Of a stretch of 39,039 nt of DNA, positions 28,942-36,511 are shown one piece after another. The DNA is taken from IMG/VR virus record IMGVR_UViG_3300043493_000025, positions 1 through 39,039 of that record. One strand, given 5' to 3'. The stretch's first letter is position 1. Each line of letters opens with the position of its first letter. A program made the position numbers and the translations under genes. The notes beneath the pieces were generated by a model. It saw only the letters and a program-made list of their open reading frames with translations, was not told where the DNA came from and did not search any database. The stretch is from a virus. Lineage: Duplodnaviria > Caudoviricetes.

Positions 28942-29153
28942 TCGACCACCACCTTGATGCCGAGTAGATAGATTTCAAAAGGCGGCTCGGACTTGTCTCT
29001 CGGGTGCTTGGTTACGGGTTGCAGGGCCGCGACGACCTCGGCCAAGTCATCCCATTCTGTGCGCGTTACCGCGATGCGTATGCGCCCCAGATCTACTGCT
29101 GGCAGGAAGCGCCTGACGCTGTCGGCCAACGCGACGATGGCGTGCGGGGTCAT
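28938..29153 (-). CDS. Hypothetical protein
   Basis: ATGA-coupled on both sides; starts MTPHAIVALAD. Confidence 0.6.
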   Translation of the reverse strand: MTPHAIVALADSVRRFLPAVDLGRIRIAVTRTEWDDLAEVVAALQPVTKHPRDKSEPPFEIYLLGIKVVVE

Positions 29154-29242
29154 TTGCGCCGCGATCGCAGGATGGCCGTGACGACCAAGAACGAAGTCAC
29201 GAATGGGATCACGAAGACGGTAAGAATTCGTTCGATGGTCAC
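29150..29242 (-). CDS. 30-aa single-TM peptide (not in ORF track)
   Basis: GGAG RBS; GTGA overlap with the pol stop; MTIERILTVFVIPFVTSFLVVTAILRSRRK; ATGA overlap downstream. Confidence 0.55.
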   Translation of the reverse strand: MTIERILTVFVIPFVTSFLVVTAILRSRRK

Positions 29243-31083
29243 TTGGGTTTCTCCATGTTGCCGAAGTCAACGCCATAGGTCGGGTCGGTCTTGGTGGGCA
29301 CGTCGAGCTTGAACGCCTCGCGCATAGCTAGGTCGAGCAGCGCGCTCGCCGACTTCTCCTTGCCCTTCGGCGCGCAGCCGACTAACTGGTCGTGCACCGT
29401 GAGCAGGAAGCGCGTGTCGGTGCCCCGGATCTGCGGCCACCACAGGCGCATGGCTTCCTTGGTCTGGTCGGCGCTGGAGCCTTGGATGAGGTAGTTCAGG
29501 AGCACGTACTCGAAGGTCTGGGTGCTGCCCGTCGCCTTGTCGATGCGCGCGGCCGGGGAGAAGTACTGACGGCCACCAATCGTGGTGATGTTCTGCCCGG
29601 CGCGACCTATCGCGTTCACCTCCTGCTGCAGCGTCTTCACGCTGGGGAGCGCGTTGTCGTAGGCGGCGATGAGCCCCTGCGCATCCTCGTAGCTGATGCC
29701 TAACTTCAGCGCCAGAGCCCGCGCGCCCATGCCGTAGATCTTGCCGAAGTTGATGGTCTTGGTCTGCTTGCGCGACAGTTCGATGCCGATGTTCTTGTGG
29801 ATCAGTTCGGCGACGAACTCATGCACGTCGAGGCTCGGATCTTTCCGGTACGCCTGCGCGAGCACGCCGTCCTCGTAGTGGGCGAGGAACTTCAACTCCT
29901 GCTGGCTGTAGTCGCGCGAGAACAGCACGTGGCCCTTGGGCGCAACTAGATAGGAGCGCAGGTTCGGCAGCGTGAAGGACTTCGAGGTGAGGCGCTGCGT
30001 GCGCATGTACGCCAGTAGCTCGTCGTACTTCTCCGGGTTCGTCGTGTTCTGCATGTTAGGCGACGACGAGAGCCGCCCGGTCTTGGCCCCGTAGTCCGAG
30101 TAGTCGCGCACCTGATTCCAGTTGCAGTGAAGACTGGTGCCGTGCAGACCCCACGGCCGCATGTACATCGTCAGGCACTGGTTGAGCGCCGAGCGGTAGA
30201 GCAAGAGCCCCTTGACCTTGCCGTCCGGCAGCGCGCCCATCAGCGCTTCCTTGGCGGTAGATAGCTTGCCGGTCGGGGTGCGCGGAAGCCGGATGTGCTT
30301 GTTCTTCTCCAGCGCCTCGGCGAGTTCGTCGCCCGAGTCGAAGTTGGCAGGCGGGGTGCTGCCAATGTCGTGTTTCCAGACCGAGCGCAGATTGGCTTCG
30401 ACGCCTGCCAGCACGCTCTCGTAGTGCTCGGTGTCGGCGTACAGCTTCCTGTGATCGAGCGGGATGCCGTGCGCGGAGTTGTCGAGCAGCAACGGCATGA
30501 TCTCGCACTCGCGCCGATATGCCTGCCACAGGCCGCGCTCCTTCAGCATCGGCTTGAAGTGTTTAAACAGCTTGAGTGTTCGTTCGACATCGCCGCTCGC
30601 GTACGGTCCCACGACATCGCCGGGTGCCTGTGAGATGAACGCGCCACACTGCTTGTCAGTCGGAGCGCGGCCTGCCTCAGTCAGGTAGTTAGCTTTCAGC
30701 CAGTGCCTGACCGCGTCCTGTTCTTCGGGCGGCATCCCTAGGTAGCGCTCGGCGAGTGGCTTCAGGGACAGTTCGCCGTAGGGCTCCAGCAGGAAGGCCA
30801 TAATCATCGTGTCGTTGATCTGCTGGCCGTCGGGTAGTGAGAGGCCGAGCTTCTCGCAGGCGACCGCGATGTCGAACGCAGCGTTGTGGCACAGCATCGG
30901 GTCGGTCCACATGTCCTCCAGCGCGTCGATGCCGTCGACGATATGGGCGTTGTTGCCCTTGGGGTGGCCCCATGAGATGTAGCCCGGCCCCTTCTTCGCA
31001 TCGCCAATGGCGACACCGACCGGGGCGGGCGGGTAGTTAGGACGTGATTCAATCGCAGCGGTCTCGAAGTCAAAGCAACGCAT
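29239..31083 (-). CDS. DNA polymerase family A with 3'-5' exonuclease domain
   Basis: ExoI FDFET, ExoII HNAAFD, TGRLSSSPNMQN, motif A DYSQQE, motif B KTINFGKIYG, motif C VHDQL. Confidence 0.95.
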   Translation of the reverse strand: MRCFDFETAAIESRPNYPPAPVGVAIGDAKKGPGYISWGHPKGNNAHIVDGIDALEDMWTDPMLCHNAAFDIAVACEKLGLSLPDGQQINDTMIMAFLLEPYGELSLKPLAERYLGMPPEEQDAVRHWLKANYLTEAGRAPTDKQCGAFISQAPGDVVGPYASGDVERTLKLFKHFKPMLKERGLWQAYRRECEIMPLLLDNSAHGIPLDHRKLYADTEHYESVLAGVEANLRSVWKHDIGSTPPANFDSGDELAEALEKNKHIRLPRTPTGKLSTAKEALMGALPDGKVKGLLLYRSALNQCLTMYMRPWGLHGTSLHCNWNQVRDYSDYGAKTGRLSSSPNMQNTTNPEKYDELLAYMRTQRLTSKSFTLPNLRSYLVAPKGHVLFSRDYSQQELKFLAHYEDGVLAQAYRKDPSLDVHEFVAELIHKNIGIELSRKQTKTINFGKIYGMGARALALKLGISYEDAQGLIAAYDNALPSVKTLQQEVNAIGRAGQNITTIGGRQYFSPAARIDKATGSTQTFEYVLLNYLIQGSSADQTKEAMRLWWPQIRGTDTRFLLTVHDQLVGCAPKGKEKSASALLDLAMREAFKLDVPTKTDPTYGVDFGNMEKPK

Positions 31084-31095
31084 TTATTCCTCCCA

Positions 31096-31130
31096 GAAAA
31101 AAGCCCCGAATCAGAGCCACGCTCGGGGCC
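31096..31130 (-). terminator. Terminator-like hairpin directly upstream of the polymerase RBS
   Basis: On - strand: GCCCCGA...TCGGGGC followed by TTTTTT, then GGGAGG and ATG. Confidence 0.65.
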
Positions 31131-31187
31131 ACACGTGTTGGTGTCAGGCACGTACTGGACACACGAGCGCCAGCGTGCCGTCTCGCT

Positions 31188-31970
31188 CTAGAATTTCCGG
31201 CCGCGACGCGGGGGTGGGGGAGCCTTCGCGGCCGGAGCTTCATCGAACTCAGGATACGGCATGAGCATCAGGCGCTCGGCCTCGTCGACCCGTGCCGCGA
31301 TGGCATCGAGCAGCGCGTCGCCCTCGAAGACGCTCGCCACGAAGCTGACCGCGTACTGGGTCTTGGGGTCGGGGCGGTTCTCCAAAGTAGTTAGGCGCGA
31401 CCACGTCGGGTCCTCGTCGCCGAAGATGGCCTCGACGTAGGAGCGGAACGTCTTGGCGTTGAGCACCGAGAGCCGCGCCTGCCAGATGGTGGCCGCCGCT
31501 ATCGCGCTCGGCCCCTTGGCGAGCGTGTCGCCGTGGATGAACGCGAGCCGCGAGCCCTCGCGGCACGCCTTGCCCTTGCCGTTGGCGGCCGATCCGAACT
31601 CGGCAAGGCGGCAGGTGCCACAGGTGTCCGATTGCGGCACGGCGGACTTCTCGTGCGGCCTGACGCCATCGTAGCTGTAGCAGTCGGGCGACTCGGTGGC
31701 GTTCGGGTCGAAGGGCTTGCTGTAGTAAGTCCGCTCGAAGCCGTGCGCGAGCAGGATCAGCGGCAGGGGATTGGCGATCTGGTTGCCCCCGGCGCTGATG
31801 GCTCCGCCCCGGAACGAGAGGAAGTTGCCGCCCATCTGCGGCAGCTTCGCCAGAGTCTGGCGGCTGGTGTTGATCGACTGCTTGGCGCGCTCGCGCCACG
31901 ATCCGGGAGTGGCGAGCGTGGTCGGGGCGCGGGGTACAAGAGCTTTGCTGGCTGTCTTTTTGGCTGGCAT
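31188..31970 (-). CDS. Putative ssDNA-binding/annealing protein
   Basis: PDCYSYDG..P...PQSDTCGTC...FGSA..GKGKACR Cys motif; adjacent to the polymerase. Confidence 0.55.
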   Translation of the reverse strand: MPAKKTASKALVPRAPTTLATPGSWRERAKQSINTSRQTLAKLPQMGGNFLSFRGGAISAGGNQIANPLPLILLAHGFERTYYSKPFDPNATESPDCYSYDGVRPHEKSAVPQSDTCGTCRLAEFGSAANGKGKACREGSRLAFIHGDTLAKGPSAIAAATIWQARLSVLNAKTFRSYVEAIFGDEDPTWSRLTTLENRPDPKTQYAVSFVASVFEGDALLDAIAARVDEAERLMLMPYPEFDEAPAAKAPPPPRRGRKF

Positions 31971-32015
31971 GACGGGTTCCTTTGGTACGAGCTACGAGTT
32001 ACGAGCGGCGCGATC

Positions 32016-32276
32016 CTACGCCTTGCTGTTGGCGGCCTCAACTGTGCCGTTTAAACGCTCCGGGTATGACCCCATGTTGATAGTGCCGTCAGTGATCTCG
32101 GTGTAGAGATAGGGCTTCAGGTCGGCGCGGGTTCGCACCGAGGTGTGGCCTAACTTCTTGCCCTCGACCACGCGGCAGACCACGTGCGCCATGCCGGTGT
32201 CGGGGTGCTGCTCGTCGAGCCAGTAGACGCGGCCGTCGGCCTTGTCGGTGTGGAGAATGAGGCTCTGCGTTCTCAC
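32016..32276 (-). CDS. Hypothetical protein
   Basis: GTGA-coupled start at 32276. Confidence 0.6.
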   Translation of the reverse strand: MRTQSLILHTDKADGRVYWLDEQHPDTGMAHVVCRVVEGKKLGHTSVRTRADLKPYLYTEITDGTINMGSYPERLNGTVEAANSKA

Positions 32277-32689
32277 TTCTTGGTCCTCGTGGTGATCGAC
32301 AGTTCCATCTTGGTGCCGGGGCGCACGCCGGGGATCTGCACCTCGTCGTCCCAGCGTTCCTTGCACGCACTAACTACCGGCTGCTTGCGCACGAGGTCCC
32401 ATGCACGGTTCTTGCCGACGAACTCGAAGAACGCCTGATCGTCGAACAACTCGGCGAAGGTGTTGCGGCGGATCGAGATGGTGGCGGTCTTGGTCGAGAC
32501 GCTTTCGAGTTCCGCTTCGAGCATCGAGACCAGCAGCAGTTCCTCGGCATCGTTGCGCGCCTGCTTCAGCGGCTCCAGCTTGGCCTCCATCGCGCGGCGC
32601 TGCTTGTTGTAGGCGGCCTCGGCCTTGTGCAGGCTGTCGGCGAGAGCCGTCAGCGCGCCGGGAGCGTAGGTCTTGGGCTTAGTTTTCAT
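32273..32689 (-). CDS. Coiled-coil replication-cluster protein (Gam/Gp157-like)
   Basis: N-terminal coiled coil, D..AFFEFV, WDLVRK and IPGV motifs. Confidence 0.55.
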   Translation of the reverse strand: MKTKPKTYAPGALTALADSLHKAEAAYNKQRRAMEAKLEPLKQARNDAEELLLVSMLEAELESVSTKTATISIRRNTFAELFDDQAFFEFVGKNRAWDLVRKQPVVSACKERWDDEVQIPGVRPGTKMELSITTRTKK

Positions 32690-32942
32690 CGCATCTCTCC
32701 GTCGGGTGTCTGTTGATAATGTCAGCAGGGTACATGCGCGAGTTGACCAGAGTCAACAGCGCCTTGGCGATGTCGTCGCCCATCACGTTGTTCTTCACCG
32801 TGATGGGCGACACCGCGCCCTTGGCCCGTGCCTGCCAGTACTGAACGATGCGACGTTTACACGTCTCGATGTCGTTCCGCTGGAAGGCGAGCACGCCGTC
32901 AGTCAGGATCTGCTCGGCGGCAGGTTGCTGGATCACGGTCAT
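32679..32942 (-). CDS. Hypothetical protein
   Basis: GGAG RBS and ATGA overlap at 32942. Confidence 0.6.
   Translation of the reverse strand: MTVIQQPAAEQILTDGVLAFQRNDIETCKRRIVQYWQARAKGAVSPITVKNNVMGDDIAKALLTLVNSRMYPADIINRHPTERCDEN
32711..32757 (-). promoter_or_regulatory. Putative internal promoter with two operator-like palindromes
   Basis: TTGACT-18 nt-TACCCT; GTTGACCAGAGTCAAC (32742-32757) and TGTTGATAATGTCAGCA (32711-32727). Confidence 0.5.
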
Positions 32943-33196
32943 GCGTCTCCCTCCAAGGTAGCTAGGGCCAGTTGCACGTACAGCTTGGCAATGCCGGGCG
33001 AGCGCTTCTTCTCGACCGGCCACTTGCGCAGCGCGTGATGTAGATAGACAGCCGCGTCCTTGCCGTTCAGCATCTCGGCGCGGGGTGCAAGTACCTGCCC
33101 TTCGGCCTTGGCCGCTCGCAGCTTGGCGTTGCGTGCGCGGGTGGCGATGCGCTTGGCAATCGTTTCGGCCGATTGCCTGTGCCCCTTGGGAGGCAT
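32939..33196 (-). CDS. Small basic protein with a NUMOD3-like motif
   Basis: MPPKGHRQSAETIAKRIATR resembles the G.kHSeEt+.K+s DNA-binding motif. Confidence 0.55.
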   Translation of the reverse strand: MPPKGHRQSAETIAKRIATRARNAKLRAAKAEGQVLAPRAEMLNGKDAAVYLHHALRKWPVEKKRSPGIAKLYVQLALATLEGDA

Positions 33197-33399
33197 CAGC
33201 GCTTCTTCCCGTCGCCGTCGAACCACTCGACCAGTCGCGCCGAGAACACCTTCAGGCGGCCACGGCGGAAGACGACTTGTGCCGGGCGCTTCTTCTTCCA
33301 GTAGTAGCGTGCGCTCCTGCACGCTTGGCACAGCACGATCTCATCGCGCTGCGTCTCGAACTCGACGCAGCAGTCCTGCGTGTCGCAGATCTTCTTCAT
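33196..33399 (-). CDS. Small Cys-rich basic protein (possible Zn finger)
   Basis: C....C...CQAC pattern followed by a basic tract; coupled both sides. Confidence 0.6.
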   Translation of the reverse strand: MKKICDTQDCCVEFETQRDEIVLCQACRSARYYWKKKRPAQVVFRRGRLKVFSARLVEWFDGDGKKR

Positions 33400-33776
33400 T
33401 CCATCTCTCCCGTCCAAATGAAGGCATTGCCGACGATCAGCATGCCGGTAGCTAGGAGCACCGCGAGCGGCGGCGGTGGCTCCTGTGTCAGGTCGTTGTA
33501 GCGCAGCTTCTCAAGGCGTCCGCGCAGGTAGCGGTTGCCCGCGATGGCAGAGGCGCGGTCGTTAGGTTTCTTGGTCGCGTCGAGCAGCCCTTCCTCGTCG
33601 AAGAACATGTGCGCCACCTTGCCGTCGAGGATGCACGAGAGGTGTTCGACGGTTCGGCACTTGAGCGGGCCGCGCATGTACTCCAAGGTCGGCGAGCCGT
33701 ATTCGAGCTTGCCGTACTCGGTGGACGGCACCTCCTGATAGGTGCCGTCCTGATTCAGCAGATATAACTTGTGCAT
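33396..33776 (-). CDS. DUF3846-like protein
   Basis: MFFDEEGLL...PNDRAS...IVGNAFIW signature. Confidence 0.65.
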   Translation of the reverse strand: MHKLYLLNQDGTYQEVPSTEYGKLEYGSPTLEYMRGPLKCRTVEHLSCILDGKVAHMFFDEEGLLDATKKPNDRASAIAGNRYLRGRLEKLRYNDLTQEPPPPLAVLLATGMLIVGNAFIWTGEME

Positions 33777-33782
33777 GTCTAA

Positions 33783-34007
33783 CTATTCTCCGTGGTTCTG
33801 AAGGATGTCGAGCTTCTTCTCGATGCGGTGCAGGGCGGCGCGGGACTTCTGCCAGCGGTTGAGCGCGCGGGACAGTTCGGCCTCCATCTGGTGATGGCGG
33901 TCGAGCGCCTCGGCGTACTGCTTGCCGGGATCGCGGCGCACCTTGCTAGGTGCCTTCTTGGCGAACTCGGCGTTGCGGCCAGCGGCGGCCCATAGGTCGA
34001 TGTTCAT
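33783..34007 (-). CDS. Hypothetical protein
   Basis: ATGA coupling; basic helical protein. Confidence 0.65.
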   Translation of the reverse strand: MNIDLWAAAGRNAEFAKKAPSKVRRDPGKQYAEALDRHHQMEAELSRALNRWQKSRAALHRIEKKLDILQNHGE

Positions 34008-34318
34008 GAGTTGCCTACCTCGTCGAGCGCGTCGATGGCCTCGGTCAGGTCGTCCTTGAGGGTGGCGATGGCGGTCGCGATCTCGTCGAGCTTGGACGCG
34101 GCGGTGTCTAACTTCTCGATGAACTCGCCCATCTCGGTGCCCTTGTCGCCGTTCTGCGCGCCTTCGCTCATGCCATCGAGCGCTTCCTGCTCCGCGTCGC
34201 GCAGGTCCTCGGCTTCGTCCTTGAGCGCGTCAGCGTCCTTCAAGCCCTCGATCTGCGCGAGCAGCACCTGCGCCTGATTGACGAGGTCGCGGGCTTTCTG
34301 TCGTCTCTGCTTATTCAC
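34004..34318 (-). CDS. Acidic helical hypothetical protein
   Basis: AGGAG RBS with GTG start; MNKQRRQK and EQEALDGMSEG.Q.GDKG motifs. Confidence 0.72.
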   Translation of the reverse strand: MNKQRRQKARDLVNQAQVLLAQIEGLKDADALKDEAEDLRDAEQEALDGMSEGAQNGDKGTEMGEFIEKLDTAASKLDEIATAIATLKDDLTEAIDALDEVGNS

Positions 34319-34363
34319 TTTGGATCTCCTGCCCCGGCACCACGCCGGGGCTTCATGTTGATA

Positions 34364-34392
34364 ATTATACAGATGGGGTTGACGTTGTCAAC
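34364..34392 (-). promoter_or_regulatory. Consensus sigma70 promoter with operator palindrome
   Basis: TTGACA-16 nt-TATAAT; GTTGACGTTGTCAAC at 34378-34392. Confidence 0.8.
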
Positions 34393-34398
34393 GGATGT

Positions 34399-34578
34399 TT
34401 AAACGTGGTCGATCCCCTCACAGGCGGCCAAGAAGCGCACGCGGTCGAAGCGTTGGTTTTCGCGGGCGAACGTGTCGGCCAAGCGACTAGCTACCAGCGC
34501 GAGCGCAATGGGGTCCTTGGTGAAGCTGCGCGCGTCGGCGAAGATCGCCGCGATGGCGATGTAATGCTTGCGGCTCAT
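34399..34578 (-). CDS. Small early protein (59 aa, not in ORF track)
   Basis: MSRKHYIAIA...LADTFARENQRFDRVRFLAAC; ATGA coupled; its stop lies in a GTTTAAAC site. Confidence 0.7.
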   Translation of the reverse strand: MSRKHYIAIAAIFADARSFTKDPIALALVASRLADTFARENQRFDRVRFLAACEGIDHV

Positions 34579-34805
34579 CGGCGCACCTTGCCGTCGTACA
34601 GGCGGGCTTCGAGTTCGTAGCCCTCGGTGTCGATGGCGACGCGCGTCGAGGGCTTGAGGCCCTGCTCGCGCTGCTCGGTCATCACCAGCATGGTCTGGTA
34701 GTCGTTGCCCTCGGGGATGCGGTAGGCGTAGCGCGTGCGGAAGCGGAAGGCTTGCAGGTCGCGCAGCATCTGGCGTTCTTCGTGGTTCAGTGATTCGTAG
34801 TCCAT
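34575..34805 (-). CDS. Hypothetical early protein
   Basis: GAGGA RBS; operon tiling. Confidence 0.65.
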   Translation of the reverse strand: MDYESLNHEERQMLRDLQAFRFRTRYAYRIPEGNDYQTMLVMTEQREQGLKPSTRVAIDTEGYELEARLYDGKVRR

Positions 34806-34812
34806 ATAATCC

Positions 34813-34917
34813 TCAGTAGTTAGAGTCGTTGTCCAAGTCGGCGCGCTCGGCAGCGGCGGCCTCGTCGGCCGCCATCTCGTCTGCCGAATCGAAAGGGATC
34901 TCGTCGAAGTCGTACAT
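34813..34917 (-). CDS. 34-aa very acidic peptide (not in ORF track)
   Basis: MYDFDEIPFDSADEMAADEAAAAERADLDNDSNY; exactly fills the gap between two genes. Confidence 0.55.
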   Translation of the reverse strand: MYDFDEIPFDSADEMAADEAAAAERADLDNDSNY

Positions 34918-34919
34918 AG

Positions 34920-35267
34920 TTAGGCGCTCTGGGGGAACTGCTGCGAGAGGAACGCGATGCTCTGCTCAAGGCTCTCGATCTGCTCGTCGATGGCCTCGAC
35001 CGTGCGCTGCGGGACGCCGCGCGTGCCGCCGCCGTTCTGCACCCACTTGCCGATGCGATACGCCTCGCCGTGAGTGGCGAGTACCGTCGCCTGCTGCACG
35101 CCACAGGCGCGCGGGTTCTTGTAGCCGGGCATGTTGAAGGCGATCCACAGCGGGCCGACCTTGACCACGTAGCCCGTGGCGGTCTGCTTGAGCGCGGTCA
35201 GGTCCATGATCTGCGCGCGGAAGTCGGCGAGGGTCTTGGCGATCAGTTCTTGTTGGTCGGTGGTCAT
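34920..35267 (-). CDS. Hypothetical early protein
   Basis: GGAG RBS before ATG 35267 (MTTDQQELIAK); first gene after the leftward promoter. Confidence 0.7.
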   Translation of the reverse strand: MTTDQQELIAKTLADFRAQIMDLTALKQTATGYVVKVGPLWIAFNMPGYKNPRACGVQQATVLATHGEAYRIGKWVQNGGGTRGVPQRTVEAIDEQIESLEQSIAFLSQQFPQSA

Positions 35268-35301
35268 CTTGCGTCTCCAGTTCAGTGATTCGATGGAGTG
35301 C

Positions 35302-35404
35302 ACTCTACAGGCTCTGTTGACGATGTCAACGGATATTTGCATCCCCTGATTATTGTTTAAACGCGCGATACCTGTTGACATCGTCAAAGGGGCAGTGTTT
35401 AAAT
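35302..35404. promoter_or_regulatory. Divergent early promoters with paired operators
   Basis: - strand TTGACA-16-TAGAGT with TGTTGACGATGTCAAC (35315-35330); + strand TTGACA (35375)-18-TTAAAT with TGTTGACATCGTCAAA; GTTTAAAC (35355) lies between them. Confidence 0.72.
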
Positions 35405-35449
35405 GCACGCATCGAAAGGCGTGGTGCCTTTCATCAACGGAGTCTGGCA

Positions 35450-36025
35450 ATGAAAGCAATCAAGAGTCGCGAGGAATGGCTGAACGTGGTGCTGCACAAG
35501 CACATCGCCAAGCTGCTCAAGGTGAAGGCCGGTGTGGTGCTGCCTGCCGACGCCAAGGTGTCGGTCGGCTTCCCCGGTGGCGGCTCGGCGCGCAAGCGCA
35601 TCGGTGAGTGCTGGCCGCGCAGCCGCTCGTCGATCAAGGTCAACGAAATTTTCATCAACCCGTCGATCACCGCACCGACGCTGATGATCGACGTGCTGGT
35701 GCACGAAGCCATCCACGCGGTCGACGACTGCAAGAACGGCCACAAGGCCCCGTTCCGCCGCATGGCGCTCGCGGTCGGCCTTGAGGGCAAGATGAAATCG
35801 ACGCACGCAGGGGCTGAGTTGTCGAAGTGGATAGGCGAGGTACTCGCCGCGATGCCGAAGATCGACTACGGCTCGCTCGACCTGTCAGGCCGCAAGGTGC
35901 AGTCGACGCGCATGCTGAAGCTGAAATGCGACTCGTGCGGCTACGTGGTGCGTACCACGCAGAAGTGGGCCGAGTGCGGCATGCCCTCATGCTGCTGCGG
36001 CGGCGACTTCCACAAGGCGGGCTGA
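35450..36025 (+). CDS. SprT-like zinc metalloprotease with C-terminal Zn ribbon
   Basis: VLVHEAIHA (HExxH) then GHKAPF; CDSCGY..RTTQKW...G.P.CCCG. Confidence 0.8.
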   Translation: MKAIKSREEWLNVVLHKHIAKLLKVKAGVVLPADAKVSVGFPGGGSARKRIGECWPRSRSSIKVNEIFINPSITAPTLMIDVLVHEAIHAVDDCKNGHKAPFRRMALAVGLEGKMKSTHAGAELSKWIGEVLAAMPKIDYGSLDLSGRKVQSTRMLKLKCDSCGYVVRTTQKWAECGMPSCCCGGDFHKAG

Positions 36026-36156
36026 TGGAAGTGCTCGACGCCATCATCAACAAGGGGGCCGCGTTCTACGCGGCCCATCCTCTCATCAGTGCGCTGCTCG
36101 TTTATTGCGTGCTGGATGAATTCGCCGACTGGATGAACAAGAGGCCGCGCAAATGA
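36025..36156 (+). CDS. Small hydrophobic protein (43 aa)
   Basis: TGATG and ATGA coupling; MEVLDAIINKGAAFYAAHPLISALLVYCVL. Confidence 0.55.
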   Translation: MEVLDAIINKGAAFYAAHPLISALLVYCVLDEFADWMNKRPRK

Positions 36157-36353
36157 AGTTCCGCATCGTGCGTTTAAACGAGCAGACCCTCGATGTCGGC
36201 AGCTACGTGCTGGTGTGTGCGCGCCATGTTGCTAATGGCAACGTGCCCCGCTTCCCGGCGCAGCTTGAGGTCTCCGAGGATGGTGTCATCTGGCAGGCGG
36301 TGCCCTTCGTCAACGCCAGTCTCGTCGACGACGAGGATGAGACGCCCAAATAA
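36153..36353 (+). CDS. Hypothetical protein
   Basis: ATGA coupling; followed by a hairpin. Confidence 0.6.
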   Translation: MKFRIVRLNEQTLDVGSYVLVCARHVANGNVPRFPAQLEVSEDGVIWQAVPFVNASLVDDEDETPK

Positions 36354-36384
36354 AAACGGCGGGGCACAGATGTGTCCCGCCGTT
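36352..36384. terminator. GC-rich hairpin, possible terminator
   Basis: AACGGCGGGGCAC-AGAT-GTGTCCCGCCGTT; the T-run is on the - strand. Confidence 0.5.
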
Positions 36385-36511
36385 AACCACTGGGAGTCAG
36401 CGCTGGCAAAAGCGCACGCTTGTTCAGGGCGCGGCGCAAGAGTACCGTAGACCTGTTCTCCGTTGCAAGTACCAACGCGACGGGATGTTTAAACACCACT
36501 TGGAGCTACCG

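Noticed and set aside
34785-35292. 13-bp repeat GTTCAGTGATTCG at 34785 and 35280
   Set aside because: Only two copies in different contexts (coding versus leader), which is too little to call functional
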